Positions 1-12,430 of a DNA stretch of 64,000 bases are shown piece by piece (positions within the stretch are counted from its first letter, which is position 1; every line of letters starts with the position of its first letter). The position numbers and the translations under genes are program-made. Below the pieces are notes generated by a model. It made no database searches. It had not been told where the DNA came from and saw only the letters and a program-made list of their open reading frames with translations. This stretch comes from Mustelus asterias (lineage: Eukaryota), in the NCBI RefSeq assembly GCF_964213995.1, contig NW_027590134.1, positions 930,001 to 994,000 on the forward strand, in the 5' to 3' direction.

Positions 1-1085
1 TATTTGGATAGTGTGGGAGGGGGTTGTGTGGGAAAATGTAAGATGCTGAGTCAGTGCAGACTAGATGGCATAAATATCCTCCCCCACTATAGCGATGCAA
101 AGAACAAAGAACAATACAGAACAGAAACAGATCCTTTAGCCCACCAAGTCTGTACCGATGTAGATGCCTCTCTGATCTTTGGAACAAGTTTGGTGAACCT
201 TTGTTACACTTTCTATCACAAAATAATTATCCTTCCTAAGGTAAGGGGACCAAAACTACACACAGTTCTCCAGGTGCCGTCTAACCAAGCTGCTAGACAA
301 TTAAAGTAAGGCTTCACTTCTGCTGTACTCAAAACCTTTTGCAATAATGTCCAACATATCATTAGCCTTCCTAATTGCCATCTGGACCTGCATGTTAACA
401 TTTTTAGTCCTTTTGTACATCTACATTTTCTTATCTTTTATCTTGACAGGTATATATCACAGGAATAAAACAAATTCATCCACTCACAGATATAAAACAC
501 GGTGTCACCTTGATCACACATTAAGTAACAATTCTTCGCTCAGACAGACAAAAGATAATTGTACAATACTGAATAAATTACAATTAATTACCTGATAAAT
601 ATGTAAATGAATCCAAAAAAGCTCAATATGAGTAAGACAGAAAGATGTAACAGCAATTCCTTTGCTTCCAATTGCAGGAATTGCTTCCCAGGTTATGTAT
701 CCAATTGTTACCATTCACAGAATTACAAATTGAATACTCACACACAGCTGCTGAATATAAACAGGGACAGTCAAATGTACTGGAAATCTATGAAAAAATA
801 AATTGAAAGATGAACAAATATCAATACATTATGTTTTTAGCATGTAGTGTTTATCACAATGTCTGAGATACATGTAAAGTTAAAGTACAGAAGTATCCCA
901 CACTTCAACACAACGCAAGAGACACATGGATAAAGATTGATTCCTACACCCACATGGATAATCAGAGAATCACAGATGTAAAATTAATCCTACTTTCTCA
1001 AACTCTCTAGAGACAGATGGAAGAACAAGGAATTCCAAAACATACTAGAGAATGACAACTACAGAATGATACCTACATTCAAACT

Positions 1086-3237
1086 TAAGACCATAAGACC
1101 ATAAGACATAGGAGCGGAAGTAAGGCCATTCGGCCCATCGAGTCCACTCCACCATTCAATCATGGTTGATTTCAACTCCATTTACCCGCTCTCTCCCCAT
1201 AGCCCTTAATTCCTCGAGAAATCAAGAATTTATCAATTTCTGTCTTGAAGACGCTCAACGTCTCGGCCTCCACAGCCCTCTGTGGCAATGAATTCCACAG
1301 ACCCACCACTCTCTGGCTGAAGAAATTTCTCCTCATCTCTGTTGTAAAGTGACTCCCTTTTATTCTAAGGCTGTGCCCCCGCGTCCTAGTCTCCCCTGTT
1401 AATGGAAACAACTTCCCTACGTCCATCCTATCTAAGCCGTTCATTATCTTGTAAGTTTCTATCAGATCTCCCCTCAACCTCCTAAACTCCAATGAATATA
1501 ATCCCACGATCCTCAGACGTTCATCGTATGTCAGGCCTACCATTCCTGGGATCATCCGTGTGAATCTCCGCTGGACCCGCTCCAGTGCCAGTATGTCCTT
1601 CCTGAGGTGTGGGGCCCAAAATTGCTCACAGTACTCCAAATGGGGCCTAACCAGTGCTTTATAAAGCCTCAGAAGTACATCCCTGCTTTTGTATTCCAAG
1701 CCTCTTGAGATAAATGACAACATTACATTTGCTTTCCTAATTACGGACTCAACCTGCAAGTTTACCTTTAGAGAATCCTGGACTAGGACTCCCAAGTCCC
1801 TTTGCACTTTAGCATTATGAATTTTGTCACCGTTTAGAAAATAGTCCATGCCTCTATTCTTTTTTCCAAAGTGTACGACCTCGCACTTGCCCACGTTGAA
1901 TTTCATCAGCCACTTCTTGGACCACTCTCCTAAACTGTCTAAATCTTTCTGCAGCCTCCCCACCTCCTCAATACTACCTGCCCCTCCACCTATCTTTGTA
2001 TCATCGGCAAACTTGGCCAGAATGCTCCCAGTCCCGTCATCTAGATCGTTAATATATAAAGAGAACAGCTGTGGCCCCAACACTGAACCCTGCGGGACAC
2101 CACTTGTCACCGGTTGCCATTCTGAGAAAGAACCTTTTATCCCAACTCTCTGCCTTCTGTCTGACAGCCAATCGTCAATCCATGTTAGTACCTTGCCTCG
2201 AATACCATGGGCCCTTATTTTACTCAGCAGTCTCCCGTGAGGCACCTTGTCAAAGGCCTTTTGGAAGTCAAGATAGATAACATCCATTGGCTCTCCTTGG
2301 TCTAACCTATTTGTTATCTCTTCAAAGAACTCTAACAGGTTTGTCAGGCACGACCTCCCCTTACTAAATCCATGCTGACTTGTCTTAATCCGACCCTGCA
2401 CTTCCAAGAATTTAGAAATCTCATCCTTAACGATGGATTCTAGAATTTTGCCAACAACTGAGGTTAGGCTAATTGGCCTATAATTTTCCATCTTTTTTCT
2501 TGTTCCCTTCTTGAACAGTGGGGTTACAACAGCGATTTTCCAATCCTCTGGGACTTTCCCTGACTCCAGTGACTTTTGAAAGATCATAACTAACGCCTCC
2601 ACTATTTCTTCAGCTATCTCCTTTAGAACTCTAGGATGTAGCCCATCTGGGCCCGGAGATTTATCAATTTTCAGACCTTTTAGTTTCTCTAGCACTTTCT
2701 CCTTTGTGATGGCAACCATATTCAACTCTGCCCCCTGACTTTCCTGAATTGTTGGGATATTACTCATGTCTTCTACTGTGAAGACTGACGCAAAGTACTT
2801 ATGAAGTTCCTCAGCTATTTCCTTGTCTCCCATCACTAGATTACCAGCGTCATTTTGGAGCGGCCCAATGTCTACTTTTGCCTCCCGTTTGTTTTTAATG
2901 TATTTAAAGAAACTTTTACTATCATTCCTAATGTTACTGGCTAGCCTACCTTCATATTTGATCCTCTCCTTCCTTATTTCTCTCTTTGTTATCCTCTGTT
3001 TGTTTTTATAGCCTTCCCAATCTTCTGACTTCCCACTACTCTTTGCCACATTATAGGCTCTCTCTTTTGCCTTGATGCATTCCCTGACTTCCTTTGTCAG
3101 CCATGGCTGCCTAATCCCCCCTCTGATAACCTTTCTTTTGTTTGGGATGAACCTCTGCACTGTGTCCTCAATTACTCCCAGAAACTCCTGCCATTGCTGT
3201 TCTACTGTCTTTCCCACTAGGCTCTGCTTCCAGTCTG
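1086..3237 (-). mobile_element. 5'-truncated CR1-clade LINE (ORF2 RT region and 3' tail), young copy
   Basis: ORF 1172..3397(-) has CR1 ORF2 motifs ([43 protein letters not shown]) with no stops from ~3237 down. The 3' end has 8-bp (TCTTATGG)n repeats, read as ccataaga repeats at 1086-1110. The first ~50 aa of the ORF are flanking sequence. Confidence 0.95.
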
Positions 3238-3691
3238 TTTTGAGAAACAGTGAAGCAAAATGAAGTCCACTCTCACACAGTATCACAAGTAGCATCCATA
3301 GAATGAACCCTGCATTCACACACAACACCACAGACAGACAGAAAAGCACACTCAGATGTTGTACCAGAGTCCGATGCATACAGTATGATTCAGACACTTA
3401 TGCAGTTACTCAATGACACATGCCTGCAGAACTGAAATCAAACTCCCATTCAATTCAAGACACTGGCATGAGCAGAATTTACCCCATATTAACATACACA
3501 GTGGAGACTGATATAGTGCATGAGTCACAAAATTATGTTCAGCCAATCTCACACATGCAAGCTGGCAATCAACAGACAAATACACATTTTGTTTCACATA
3601 CTGTACCCAATACTTACAAGCACATAATTAATCACATTCTGTACATGAAATAGAGAGATGCTATTTCAGTCCCACACTCAGCCTCACTGAT

Positions 3692-4024
3692 TTAGAATAG
3701 GATCCCTCCAGTGCAGAAGGATGTCATTTGACCCAACAAGTCTGCACTGACTCAACATTTTACCCAGGCCCTATCCCCATAACCCCACAAATTTACCACG
3801 GCTACATCCCCTAACTACACATCTTGGGGTACCAAGGGGCAATTAACATGGCCAATCCAAATAACCTGCACAACTTTGAACTGTGGGAGGAAACCAGTGC
3901 ACTTGGAGAAAACCCATGCAGATAAGGGGAGAATATGCAACCTCCACAAAGACAGGCGTCCGAGGCCGGAAACGAACCTGGGTCCCTGGTATTGTGAGGC
4001 AGCTCTCTAACCATTGTGTCGCCC
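3692..4024 (-). mobile_element. Diverged tRNA-derived SINE (HE1/V-SINE-like)
   Basis: Degenerate match to the SINE at 4517-4856 (ctgtgggaggaaacc...aaacccatgcaga; gaacctgggtccctgg). Confidence 0.75.
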
Positions 4025-4516
4025 GTTCTTGCAGTGTACTTCACAAATGGTGCACACTGTGTATGAATGGTTGAGGGAGTAAATGCTGAAGCTGGTGAAT
4101 GGTTTGCAAGTGAAACCAAAAACTAGATTTGTTTCTGAGATTATTTGGTGTTGTTGGAGGTGCACTGACCAGTGAGTGGAGAGTATTCCATCCCTTACCT
4201 AAATGTGGAATTCAATTGTGGAAAGTCTGTTGGAAAATAGGAGGTCAGTCACTAGCTCTGGACATGCTCTGTTCTATTTTTAAAGCCAAAGTCATATTGT
4301 GACAGGATACAAGAAGTACCTTGTACTCATTTATCGTTAATTACAGTCACAGAATGATGACCATGCTAAAACATAATTAGAAGATAAGAAATTGGAGCAA
4401 GAGTCGGCCATTCGGCTCTTCGAGTCCACATTGCCATACAGTGAAATCATGACTGATTTTCCACTTCAACACCATTTTCCTGAGCTATCCCCGTAACCCT
4501 TGATGTTTTTGACATG

Positions 4517-4856
4517 TAGAATCATAGAAACCCTACAGTGCAGAAGGAGGCCATTCGGCCCATCGAGTCTGCACCGACCACAATCCCACCCAGGCCCTAC
4601 CCCCACATATTTTACCCACTAATCCCTCTAACCTACGCATCCCAGGACTCTAAGGGGCAATTTTTTAAACCTGGCCAATCAACCTAACACACACATCTTT
4701 GGACTGTGGGAGGAAACCGGAGCACCCGGAGGAAACCCACGCAGACACGAGGAGAATGTGCAAACTCCACACAGACAGTGACCCGAGCCGGGAATCGAAC
4801 CCGTGACCCTGGAGCTGTGAAGCAGCAGTGCGAACCACTGTGCTACCGTGCCGCCC
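4517..4856 (-). mobile_element. Full-length tRNA-derived SINE (HE1/V-SINE-like) inserted in an old CR1 3' end
   Basis: Reverse complement starts GGGCGGCACGGTAGCACAGTGG (A box), then GGTTCGATTCC (B box) and core GTGTGGAGTTTGCACATTCTCC. It ends in a CR1-like tail ATGGGCCGAATGGCCTCCTTCTGCACTGTAGGGTTTCTATGATTCTA. Confidence 0.9.
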
Positions 4857-5688
4857 GACTTATTTATCAATCTCACTCTTGAACATATTTAATGATTAAA
4901 TCTCCTCATATCTCTCCGCATTGCTTCTATCTGCAAAATTGTTGCCCATTTGCTCAGCCTCTTCAAATACACACAAAGAGTCTTTGCCTCCTTCTCACAA
5001 CTCACACATCCACCTTGTTTGTGACAGCTACCAATTTAGAAATATTACCTTTAATCCCAAATCATTGATACACAGATTGTAGAAAGCAGTGGCCCAAACA
5101 CTGATCCTTGTGGTAGCCCACTTGTCATAGCCTGCTAACTTGAAAATGACCCATTTGTTCCTACTCTCAGTTTTCTGTCCATCAGCTCGTTCTCAGTCTA
5201 TTCCAGGACATTCTCTCCCCCAGCCCCCCCCCCCCCCCCCCGCCAGCCCCCACCATTCCACGTGCTCTCATTTTCTTTATTTGCCTCTGGTGTGGAACCG
5301 TATCAAGGCTTGTAGCCAGTAATATCCAATTCTGATTCCACTCCTTCTTGCAGTCAGCTTTTTGTTTTAGCAACAATGTCAATGTGGCTGTTGCTCATCA
5401 AACTTGTTCCCCTTCCACACGCCCAGATATTCTGCACTGCCAGCTCCCGGTGATGGGCGGAAGTAAAGCAGAGCAGTTGGTGCTGGTGAGGAAGGGGAAA
5501 TGTATGAACAGTATCAGCAGTCTGATAGAGTGATGTGGGATGAGCAGCAGAGAGAATGCGCTGGTGCGGCAGAGGGAGTGAGAGGGTCAGGGGGTTGGGT
5601 GGATCGGGGCGGACAAGGGGAAAGGACGGATTGACAACAGACTGGTTGCTGCTCAAATCCACAAACTCTGTGTTTGGGTATCTGAACT

Positions 5689-5800
5689 AACCAATCAGAG
5701 AGAGAGCGTCACGAATTGACATCACTGTGAATGAGCGAATGGGGAACAGGGCTTTCAGCAATCCTTCATTAGCATAGGCCTCTGCTTTGGTCTATAAAAG
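5689..5800 (+). promoter_or_regulatory. H2B promoter: CCAAT box, octamer-like H2B box, TATA box
   Basis: aaccaatcag (~5690), cttcattagcata (~5764, 1 mismatch to ATTTGCAT) and tataaaa (~5793) lie upstream of the H2B ATG. Confidence 0.7.
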
Positions 5801-5851
5801 AGGAGTTCCGAGCGCGATTCAGTAATTCTGTGTCTGAAATTAACTGTGAGG

Positions 5852-6226
5852 ATGGTGGATGAGAAGAAAGCAGCTCCTAAGAAGGGGGCGAAGAAAGTGA
5901 TTAAGAAACCGGTAATAAAGGGCGGCAAGAAGCGGCGAAAGTCGAGGAAGGAGAGTTACTCCATCTACATCTACAAAGTGATGAAGCAGGTTCACCCCGA
6001 CACCGGCATCTCCTCCAAGGCCATGAGCATCATGAACTCGTTCGTGAACGATATTTTCGAGCGCATCGCGGGTGAGGCTTCCCGCCTGGCCCATTACAAC
6101 AAGCGCAGCACCATCAGCTCCCGGGAGATCCAGACCGCCGTGCGCCTGCTGCTGCCCGGGGAACTGGCCAAGCACGCCGTGTCGGAAGGGACAAAGGCGG
6201 TGACCAAGTACACCAGCTCCAAGTAA
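5852..6226 (+). CDS. H2B: Histone H2B (replication-dependent), 124 aa
   Basis: ATG at 5852. Histone fold [26 protein letters not shown]...[23 protein letters not shown]. Intronless, with a downstream stem-loop. Confidence 0.98.
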   Translation: MVDEKKAAPKKGAKKVIKKPVIKGGKKRRKSRKESYSIYIYKVMKQVHPDTGISSKAMSIMNSFVNDIFERIAGEASRLAHYNKRSTISSREIQTAVRLLLPGELAKHAVSEGTKAVTKYTSSK

Positions 6227-6262
6227 AACCCCCCATGGACTGAAAAACATCCCAAACACAAC

Positions 6263-6278
6263 GGCTCTTTTAAGAGCC
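6263..6278 (+). promoter_or_regulatory. Histone 3' stem-loop (H2B)
   Basis: GGCTCTTTTAAGAGCC, followed by a purine-rich downstream element (gaaaaagctg). Confidence 0.95.
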
Positions 6279-7316
6279 ACTCACAATCTCCCTGAAAAAG
6301 CTGTATCATCCATTTAGTTTCAATTAATCTTTCACTCTGAAGCGTCTCGAACAATCTAATAGTTGTTTTTACTGTTGATCAATGATAAGTACTGAGTAAT
6401 GCAAGTTGATCGCCCAGCGTCTGATTAATAATGTTTCAATTAATTAATTGGTTTCCGACCGCCTCTGCACTTAGATCTCAGAGGCCCGTTTCCCCGACTT
6501 TAGAGAGAGAGAGAGAGCTAATGGAGCAAATGTGTCAGCTTCCAATTCTGTTCCAGTTTGGTCTTAATAATCGATCAGTTTATTCCCTATCAGCCCCGGT
6601 TGTGCAGGAACCTCAGTCTCGGCACTGGTCAATTTACACCGAAAATGTTCACTCCCCTCTTGATTCTCACGAATATGGAGAACATCCCGTCCGTTTACAG
6701 AACGATGTCAATGAGACTTTCTGGCGGCGAGTTCGAGAGTTTTAAAAAGGGCCGAGATTAACCCCGAATGGATCCAGGATTCTAAAAGCAAATCTGCAAC
6801 TTGGGATAAAATGTGAAATGGTGCAAACACAGACTGATGTTTTAAACACTTTGTTGTTAGACAGTTAATTATTGAGAGATTTTATTTGAAATGTATTTCT
6901 TGTTTTATAAATACATCTGCGAACTTTTCAAAAATGAATAGTGAAAATTTTGTTATTTTCGACTTATTTTCCGAAAAACCCAGGCTGAAAATCAGAAACT
7001 GCCAGATACAGGTTAACTATAGACTGGGGAAGGAGAGAAAGGGAGATTCTTACCTTACTCAAAATTAATTAACCATTACCTATTCGTATAATTTTCGAAA
7101 CTCTTGTTCTTTCCGCTTTGGCGGCTTTTACAGTTTGAAATGAAATCGGTTGGAATCTGAGATTTTGGCGCCGTTATTTTCCGCCCTCACTCCGTGGGCT
7201 CTCCGGATTGGTGAGTTAAGCAGATTTCTGATTGGTCATATGAACAAGATACTGAGAGGCAGCAACAAAGTGACCAATCAGCAATGTCCGCACCTCCATT
7301 CCTCCCGGAGCTATAA

Positions 7317-7766
<450 letters not shown>

Positions 7767-7796
7767 AGCGACCATTCTTTAATCTGATAACCCAAA

Positions 7797-7812
7797 GGCT
7801 CTTTTCAGAGCC
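7797..7812 (+). promoter_or_regulatory. Histone 3' stem-loop (H2A)
   Basis: GGCTCTTTTCAGAGCC. Confidence 0.95.
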
Positions 7813-9456
7813 ACTCACTTTTTCTGGAAAAGGGCGATCTATTGTTTGCCCCTCAGATGCTGCGCTGCTATTCACAGTCCAGCTGTTTCCCTCTTTGTTT
7901 TATCAATCCGGAGTTTCCCCCTGTGTACGATAGTAAATAGACCCCATCAGTCTCGCAGCAGATAGAGGAATTCATCAGGCGAATACACCATCCACGTTAC
8001 GATAATATTGTCACAGGCAGTATTTTAATGCATGCAAGTTGCTGTTTTTTATTAATAGTTGATATCTGGAACTCGGGTTCTGATTTCAGTTAATCAACAA
8101 TTTCATCATTTGCGCCGTTTTTTTGTGCAGCAAATAACCATCTGTGCAAACTAAGACTTTATTCCATTCTTACACAGATTGTTACAGGTACAGAGAGGAT
8201 TTGAAGTCTATCTTCCTCCACTTAGTGCGTTAGACTCGATCTCTGTCCCTTTTCACTCAAGCCCATTCAGATTTAACACATAAGCTCACAGGATCAGTGA
8301 AAGGGCTGCTTCCTGGCAGCAGGGAGTCAGAGATGGAGTGACTGTCACGGTGGATTGATCTGTTTCTGATTTGTTTACTGATGTTTCAGTTCCCTCTCTA
8401 TATTGAGCTCAAGTGAATAATTGAACGACATGGTGTCAGAATCAAGGTTTTTATAAATCCTTCAGTTTGCTTCATACCGAGTCTATCCCGGCGCATTATC
8501 GACAACAAGGAAGAATTTCGCAGTTGGAGAATGATATATTTTCCTCTGTCGGATGATCTGGGCGTCGCTCCCGGAACAGAGTAAAGGCGGGAATGAAGAG
8601 GTTATTCTCGGGCTGATCTGTTTATTCCGCAGTTTTCCCAGAGGACGGAATCAGCGAGATTTCTGCACACACAGGACCTGAGTCCATTGCAGCGCTTGAA
8701 GATCTGCCTCCCCCCGGCGCTCCCTATTCTCCAGACACAAAGCTGCCTGTTCCACCGGCGGGATCGGGCCGGGGATTCTCTCCGCACTTCCCATTGTAAC
8801 ATTCCCGGCCGCTTTCAGGGGATAGGATCAGAAATCAGCCGTTTCCCTCTGTCCCTGTGAAGCCTGTGTGAAGGAGTTGGTTGGTGATCTCTATGTTTCT
8901 GCTTTTCCACTGAGCTGAGATTTGCTCCGTTTTAAATTGCGGAACGGGGTCTGATTACCGCGGGTTATAGATAAGAGATTGAGAAATTCAAACTGTTCCT
9001 AAAATAGCGCCAGGATTCTGTGGCGGAAAATACAATAAACAGATTATAAAGTGAGATTGAAATAGTTTCCTGAACATTCAGGCGTTCGGTTATTTTATAT
9101 TTTTCCTGCACTGAAATTGGCGGGTTTTTCCAATTTGAAAATGTGAACCAATCAAAACCTCCCATTTCTTCTCCCTGATCCTCCCATTGGTTACGAATCT
9201 GATTGAAATGTGAGTGACCAATCAGAGCTGGAGTCTGGCTGCAGCCTCACAAACCGCTCACAATGATTATTAATAGAGATTAAACTGACGGAATCTGTAT
9301 CTTCTCTCTCACCTGTACTTGAATTTTAAAATATACTTTGTTTCCACAGACAAATTATTGAAGGAACGTGAATAAATGTGATGTCTCCTCCACGCAAGTT
9401 ACAGGGAAGTGAGTCGCCGGCTCCTTCTCACGTTGTCTCTGACGGAGCTCAGACAG

Positions 9457-10690
9457 TAAGAAGTCTCACAACACCAGGTTAAAGTCCAACAGGTTTATTT
9501 GGCAGCACAAGCTTTTGGAGTCTCAGGCTCCTTCAGGTGAGTGAGAAGCTGTGTTCACAAACAGGGCACATACAGGCACAAACTCAATTTACAAGATAAT
9601 GGTAAGAATGCGAGTCTTTACAGGTAATCAAGTCTTAAAATTGCAGACAGTGTAAGTGGAGAGAGGGCCAAGCACTGGTTAAAGAGGTGTGTATTGTCTC
9701 CAGCCAGGACAGTTATTGATATTTTGCCCAGGCAAGTTGTGGGGGTTACAGATAGTGTGACATGATCCCAAGGTCCCGGTTGAGGCCGTCCTCATGTGTG
9801 CGGAACTTGGCTATCAGTTTCTGCTGAGTGATTCTGCGTTGTCATGTGTCGTGAAGGCCACCTTGGAGAACGCTTACTCGAAGATCAGAGGTTGAATGCC
9901 CATGACTGCTGAAGTGTACCCCGACAGGAAGGAAGCACTCCTGCCTGGCGATTGTTGAGCGGTGTTCATTCATCCGTTGTCATAGCGTCTGCATAGTCTC
10001 TCCAATGTGCCATGCCTTGGGACATCCTTTCCTGCAGCGTGTCAGGTAGACAACATTGGCCAACTCGCAAGAATATGTACCGTGTACGTGGTGGATGGTG
10101 TTCTCATGTGAGATGATGGCATCAGTGTCAATGATCCGGCACATTTACCGAGGTTGCTGTGGCAGGGTTGTGTGGTGACGTGGTCAATGTTCTCCTGAAT
10201 GCTGGGTAATTTGCTGCAGACAATGGTCTGTTTGAGGTTATGCGATTGTTTGAAGGCGAGAAGTGAGGGTGTGGGGATGGCCTTGGCGAGATGTTCGTCT
10301 TCATACTTGACATGTTGAAGGCTCCGGAGAAGATGTCGTAGCTTCTCTGCTCTGGGGAAGGATTGGACAATGAAGGGTACTCTGTCTATCGTGTCCTGTG
10401 TTTGTCTTCTGTGGCACATCGGAACTGTCGATCAATGAGTCGAGCACCATATCCTGTTGTTATGAGGGCATCTTTCAGCGTCTGTAGGTGTCTGTTGCAA
10501 TACTCCTCATCTGAGCAGATCCTGTGTATGCAGAGGGCTTGTCCACAGAGGACGGCTTCTTTAACGTGTATAGGATGGAAGCTGGAGAAGTGGAGCATCA
10601 TGAGGTTATCCATGTGCTTGCGGTACAGTGAAGTGCTGAGGTGACCGTCCTTGATGGAGATGCGTATGTCCAAGAATGCAACCAATTCCA
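9457..10690 (-). mobile_element. Degraded 3' fragment of a Penelope-like element (RT thumb, GIY-YIG, pLTR)
   Basis: ORF fragments (AFLDIRISIKDGHLSTSLYRK; RVPFIVQ; HLAKAIPTP) match the element at 34058-37105. The terminal aagaagtctcacaacaccaggttaaagtccaacagg is shared. Confidence 0.9.
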
Positions 10691-10817
10691 GACACACAGA
10701 TATCTTATTAGTTCAACGGTCTCAGAGAGCAGAAATAGTTGCAGACACATTTTCAACCCATCAATCAAACAGAGCAGGAGAGACAGACATTTTTGTCCAT
10801 GTGACTCTAAATATCCT

Positions 10818-10900
10818 ACCAGGATGGCCGAGTGATTAAGCGGTTGGACTTAAGATCCAATGGACTTATGTCTGTGTGCATTTGAACCGCACTCCAATTA
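10818..10900 (+). pseudogene. tRNA-Leu(TAA) pseudogene
   Basis: ACCAGGATGGCCGAGTGATTAAGCGGTTGGACTTAAGATCCAATGGAC... follows the vertebrate tRNA-Leu-TAA sequence with an intact anticodon arm. The T-loop/B box (CATTTGAACC) and the 3' acceptor strand (TCCAATT) are mutated. Confidence 0.85.
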
Positions 10901-10909
10901 AATGGACAT

Positions 10910-11050
10910 TTAACACTACATTCTGCACCCTCTCCTTTTCTTCTGCTCTATGTGCTGTATGAACTGTCTGCTTTGTCTGTATAGCACGCAAGAAAACAAT
11001 ACTTTTCACTGTATACCAATGCATGTGACAATAATAAATCAAATCAAACC
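10910..11050 (+). mobile_element. LINE 3'-terminal fragment (Rex/Babar-like); an inverted related copy lies at ~11350-11490
   Basis: gcaagaaaacaatacttttcactgtat...catgtgacaataataaatcaaatcaa is mirrored by tgatttgatttattatcgtcacatg...agtgaaaagtattgtttcttgc. Family assignment is by recall only. Confidence 0.55.
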
Positions 11051-11519
11051 CAGTACCATTGATAGTGGGATCCATAAATCCAAGTCCAAATTGACTCCTG
11101 CCATCAGATCATCACAGTGCCAATCCCACAATAGAGCAGCCTTAGCTCCAAATTAAATATATGATAAAACTGACACATGGAATCTAATTAAAAGTTACAC
11201 AATGAACATTAATAATGTACTCTGAGATTCGACTTAAATACATCACGCAAATCAGGGGTTTTGAATTGACTGTACTAATGGCCACAGTGAATATTCACAA
11301 ATACATTTGATACAAATCCAAATCTGAAATACATTCTCAGATTGAGGTATGATTTGATTTATTATCGTCACATGTATTAGTAAATAGTGAAAAGTATTGT
11401 TTCTTGCGTGCTCTACAGACAAAGCATAGAATTCACAGAGAAGGATAGGAGAGAGTGCAGAATGCAGTGTTACAGTCATAGCTAGGGTGCTGAGGCCATC
11501 TTCACCGCCCCATATGGAA

Positions 11520-11767
11520 CAGTGTGAGTGAGAGGAAACAGAGAGTAGTGGTTAATGGTTGTGTTTCAGACTGGAGGAAGGTTTCTAGTGGAGTTCCCCA
11601 GGGCTCGGTTTTAGGAGCCCTGCTCTTCCTGATATATATTAATGACACACACCTTGGTGTACAGGACTCAAGCTCAACATTTCCATACGCCACCAATCTT
11701 GGAGGCATTGGCAACTGTGAGGAGGAAAGTGGGAAACTTCAATAAGACACGGGCAGCTTGGTGGAAT
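11520..11767 (+). mobile_element. CR1 RT fragment
   Basis: RKQRVVVNG...[20 protein letters not shown]. Confidence 0.8.
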
Positions 11768-12024
11768 GGGAGTGGTACAGTGGTTAGCACTGCTGCCTCA
11801 CTGCGCCAGGGACCCGGGTTCGATTCCTGGCTTAGGTCACTGTCGATGCGAAGTCTACACAATCTCCCCATGTCTGCATAGGTTTCCTCTGGTCATTGGT
11901 CATGCTAAATGCTCTCTCAGTGTACCCAAACAGGCGCCAGAGTGCAGTGACTAGAGAGTTTTCAGAGTAACTTCATTGCAGTGTTAATGTAAGCCCTACT
12001 TGTGACACAAATAAATAAACTTTA
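11768..12024 (+). mobile_element. tRNA-headed SINE with HE1-like head and a different 3' tail
   Basis: Head cagtggttagcactgctgcctcac...gggttcgattcctggc; tail gtaacttcattgcagtgttaatgtaagcc...ttgtgacacaaataaataaac. Confidence 0.75.
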
Positions 12025-12124
12025 CAAGTGGCACTGGGGAATGTTCCAGCACAGATTGCCCTGTGGCTGTGCCTGGGCAAGTCAGTGTCCTGGATAGAGC
12101 ACTTTCCGGGGCACAGAGCATTGT

Positions 12125-12430
12125 TTTTATTAATTCAGGTGATGTGGGCATCACTGGCTTGTTAGGCCATTTCAGAGGGCACTTAAGAGTCAACCACATT
12201 GCTGTGTGTCTGGAGATACATGTAGGCCAGAACAGTAAATTTGGGCAGATTTGCTTGCCTGAAGGAGCATCAGTAAATGAAGTGGGTTGTCATGATGTGG
12301 TCATCATTAGACCTTAATTCCAGATTTTTTTAAAGTTCAAATTGCACTCTCTGCTGTGGTAAAATTTGCTCCCATTGCATTACACTGGATCACTAGTCCA
12401 GTGACAATACCACGACACCATTACCTCCCC
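12125..12430 (-). mobile_element. Diverged copy of a second SINE family (same as 28934-29290)
   Basis: gatgtgggcatcactggc...agagtcaaccacattgctgtg...ccagattttt is the reverse complement of motifs at 28934-29290. Confidence 0.7.

Noticed and set aside
3238-3397. Hydrophobic, signal-peptide-like N-terminus fused to CR1 RT (possible domesticated gene)
   Set aside because: Most simply a chance open frame in TG-rich flank beside a 5'-truncated LINE; no splice or promoter support.
5222-5252. Poly-C tract / potential G-quadruplex
   Set aside because: Simple homopolymer inside degraded repeat sequence; no functional evidence.
9500-9545. Additional hammerhead motifs in old PLE fragments (also 18845-18875, 39491-39525)
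   Set aside because: The core or cleavage-site region is deleted or mutated, so they are unlikely to be active.
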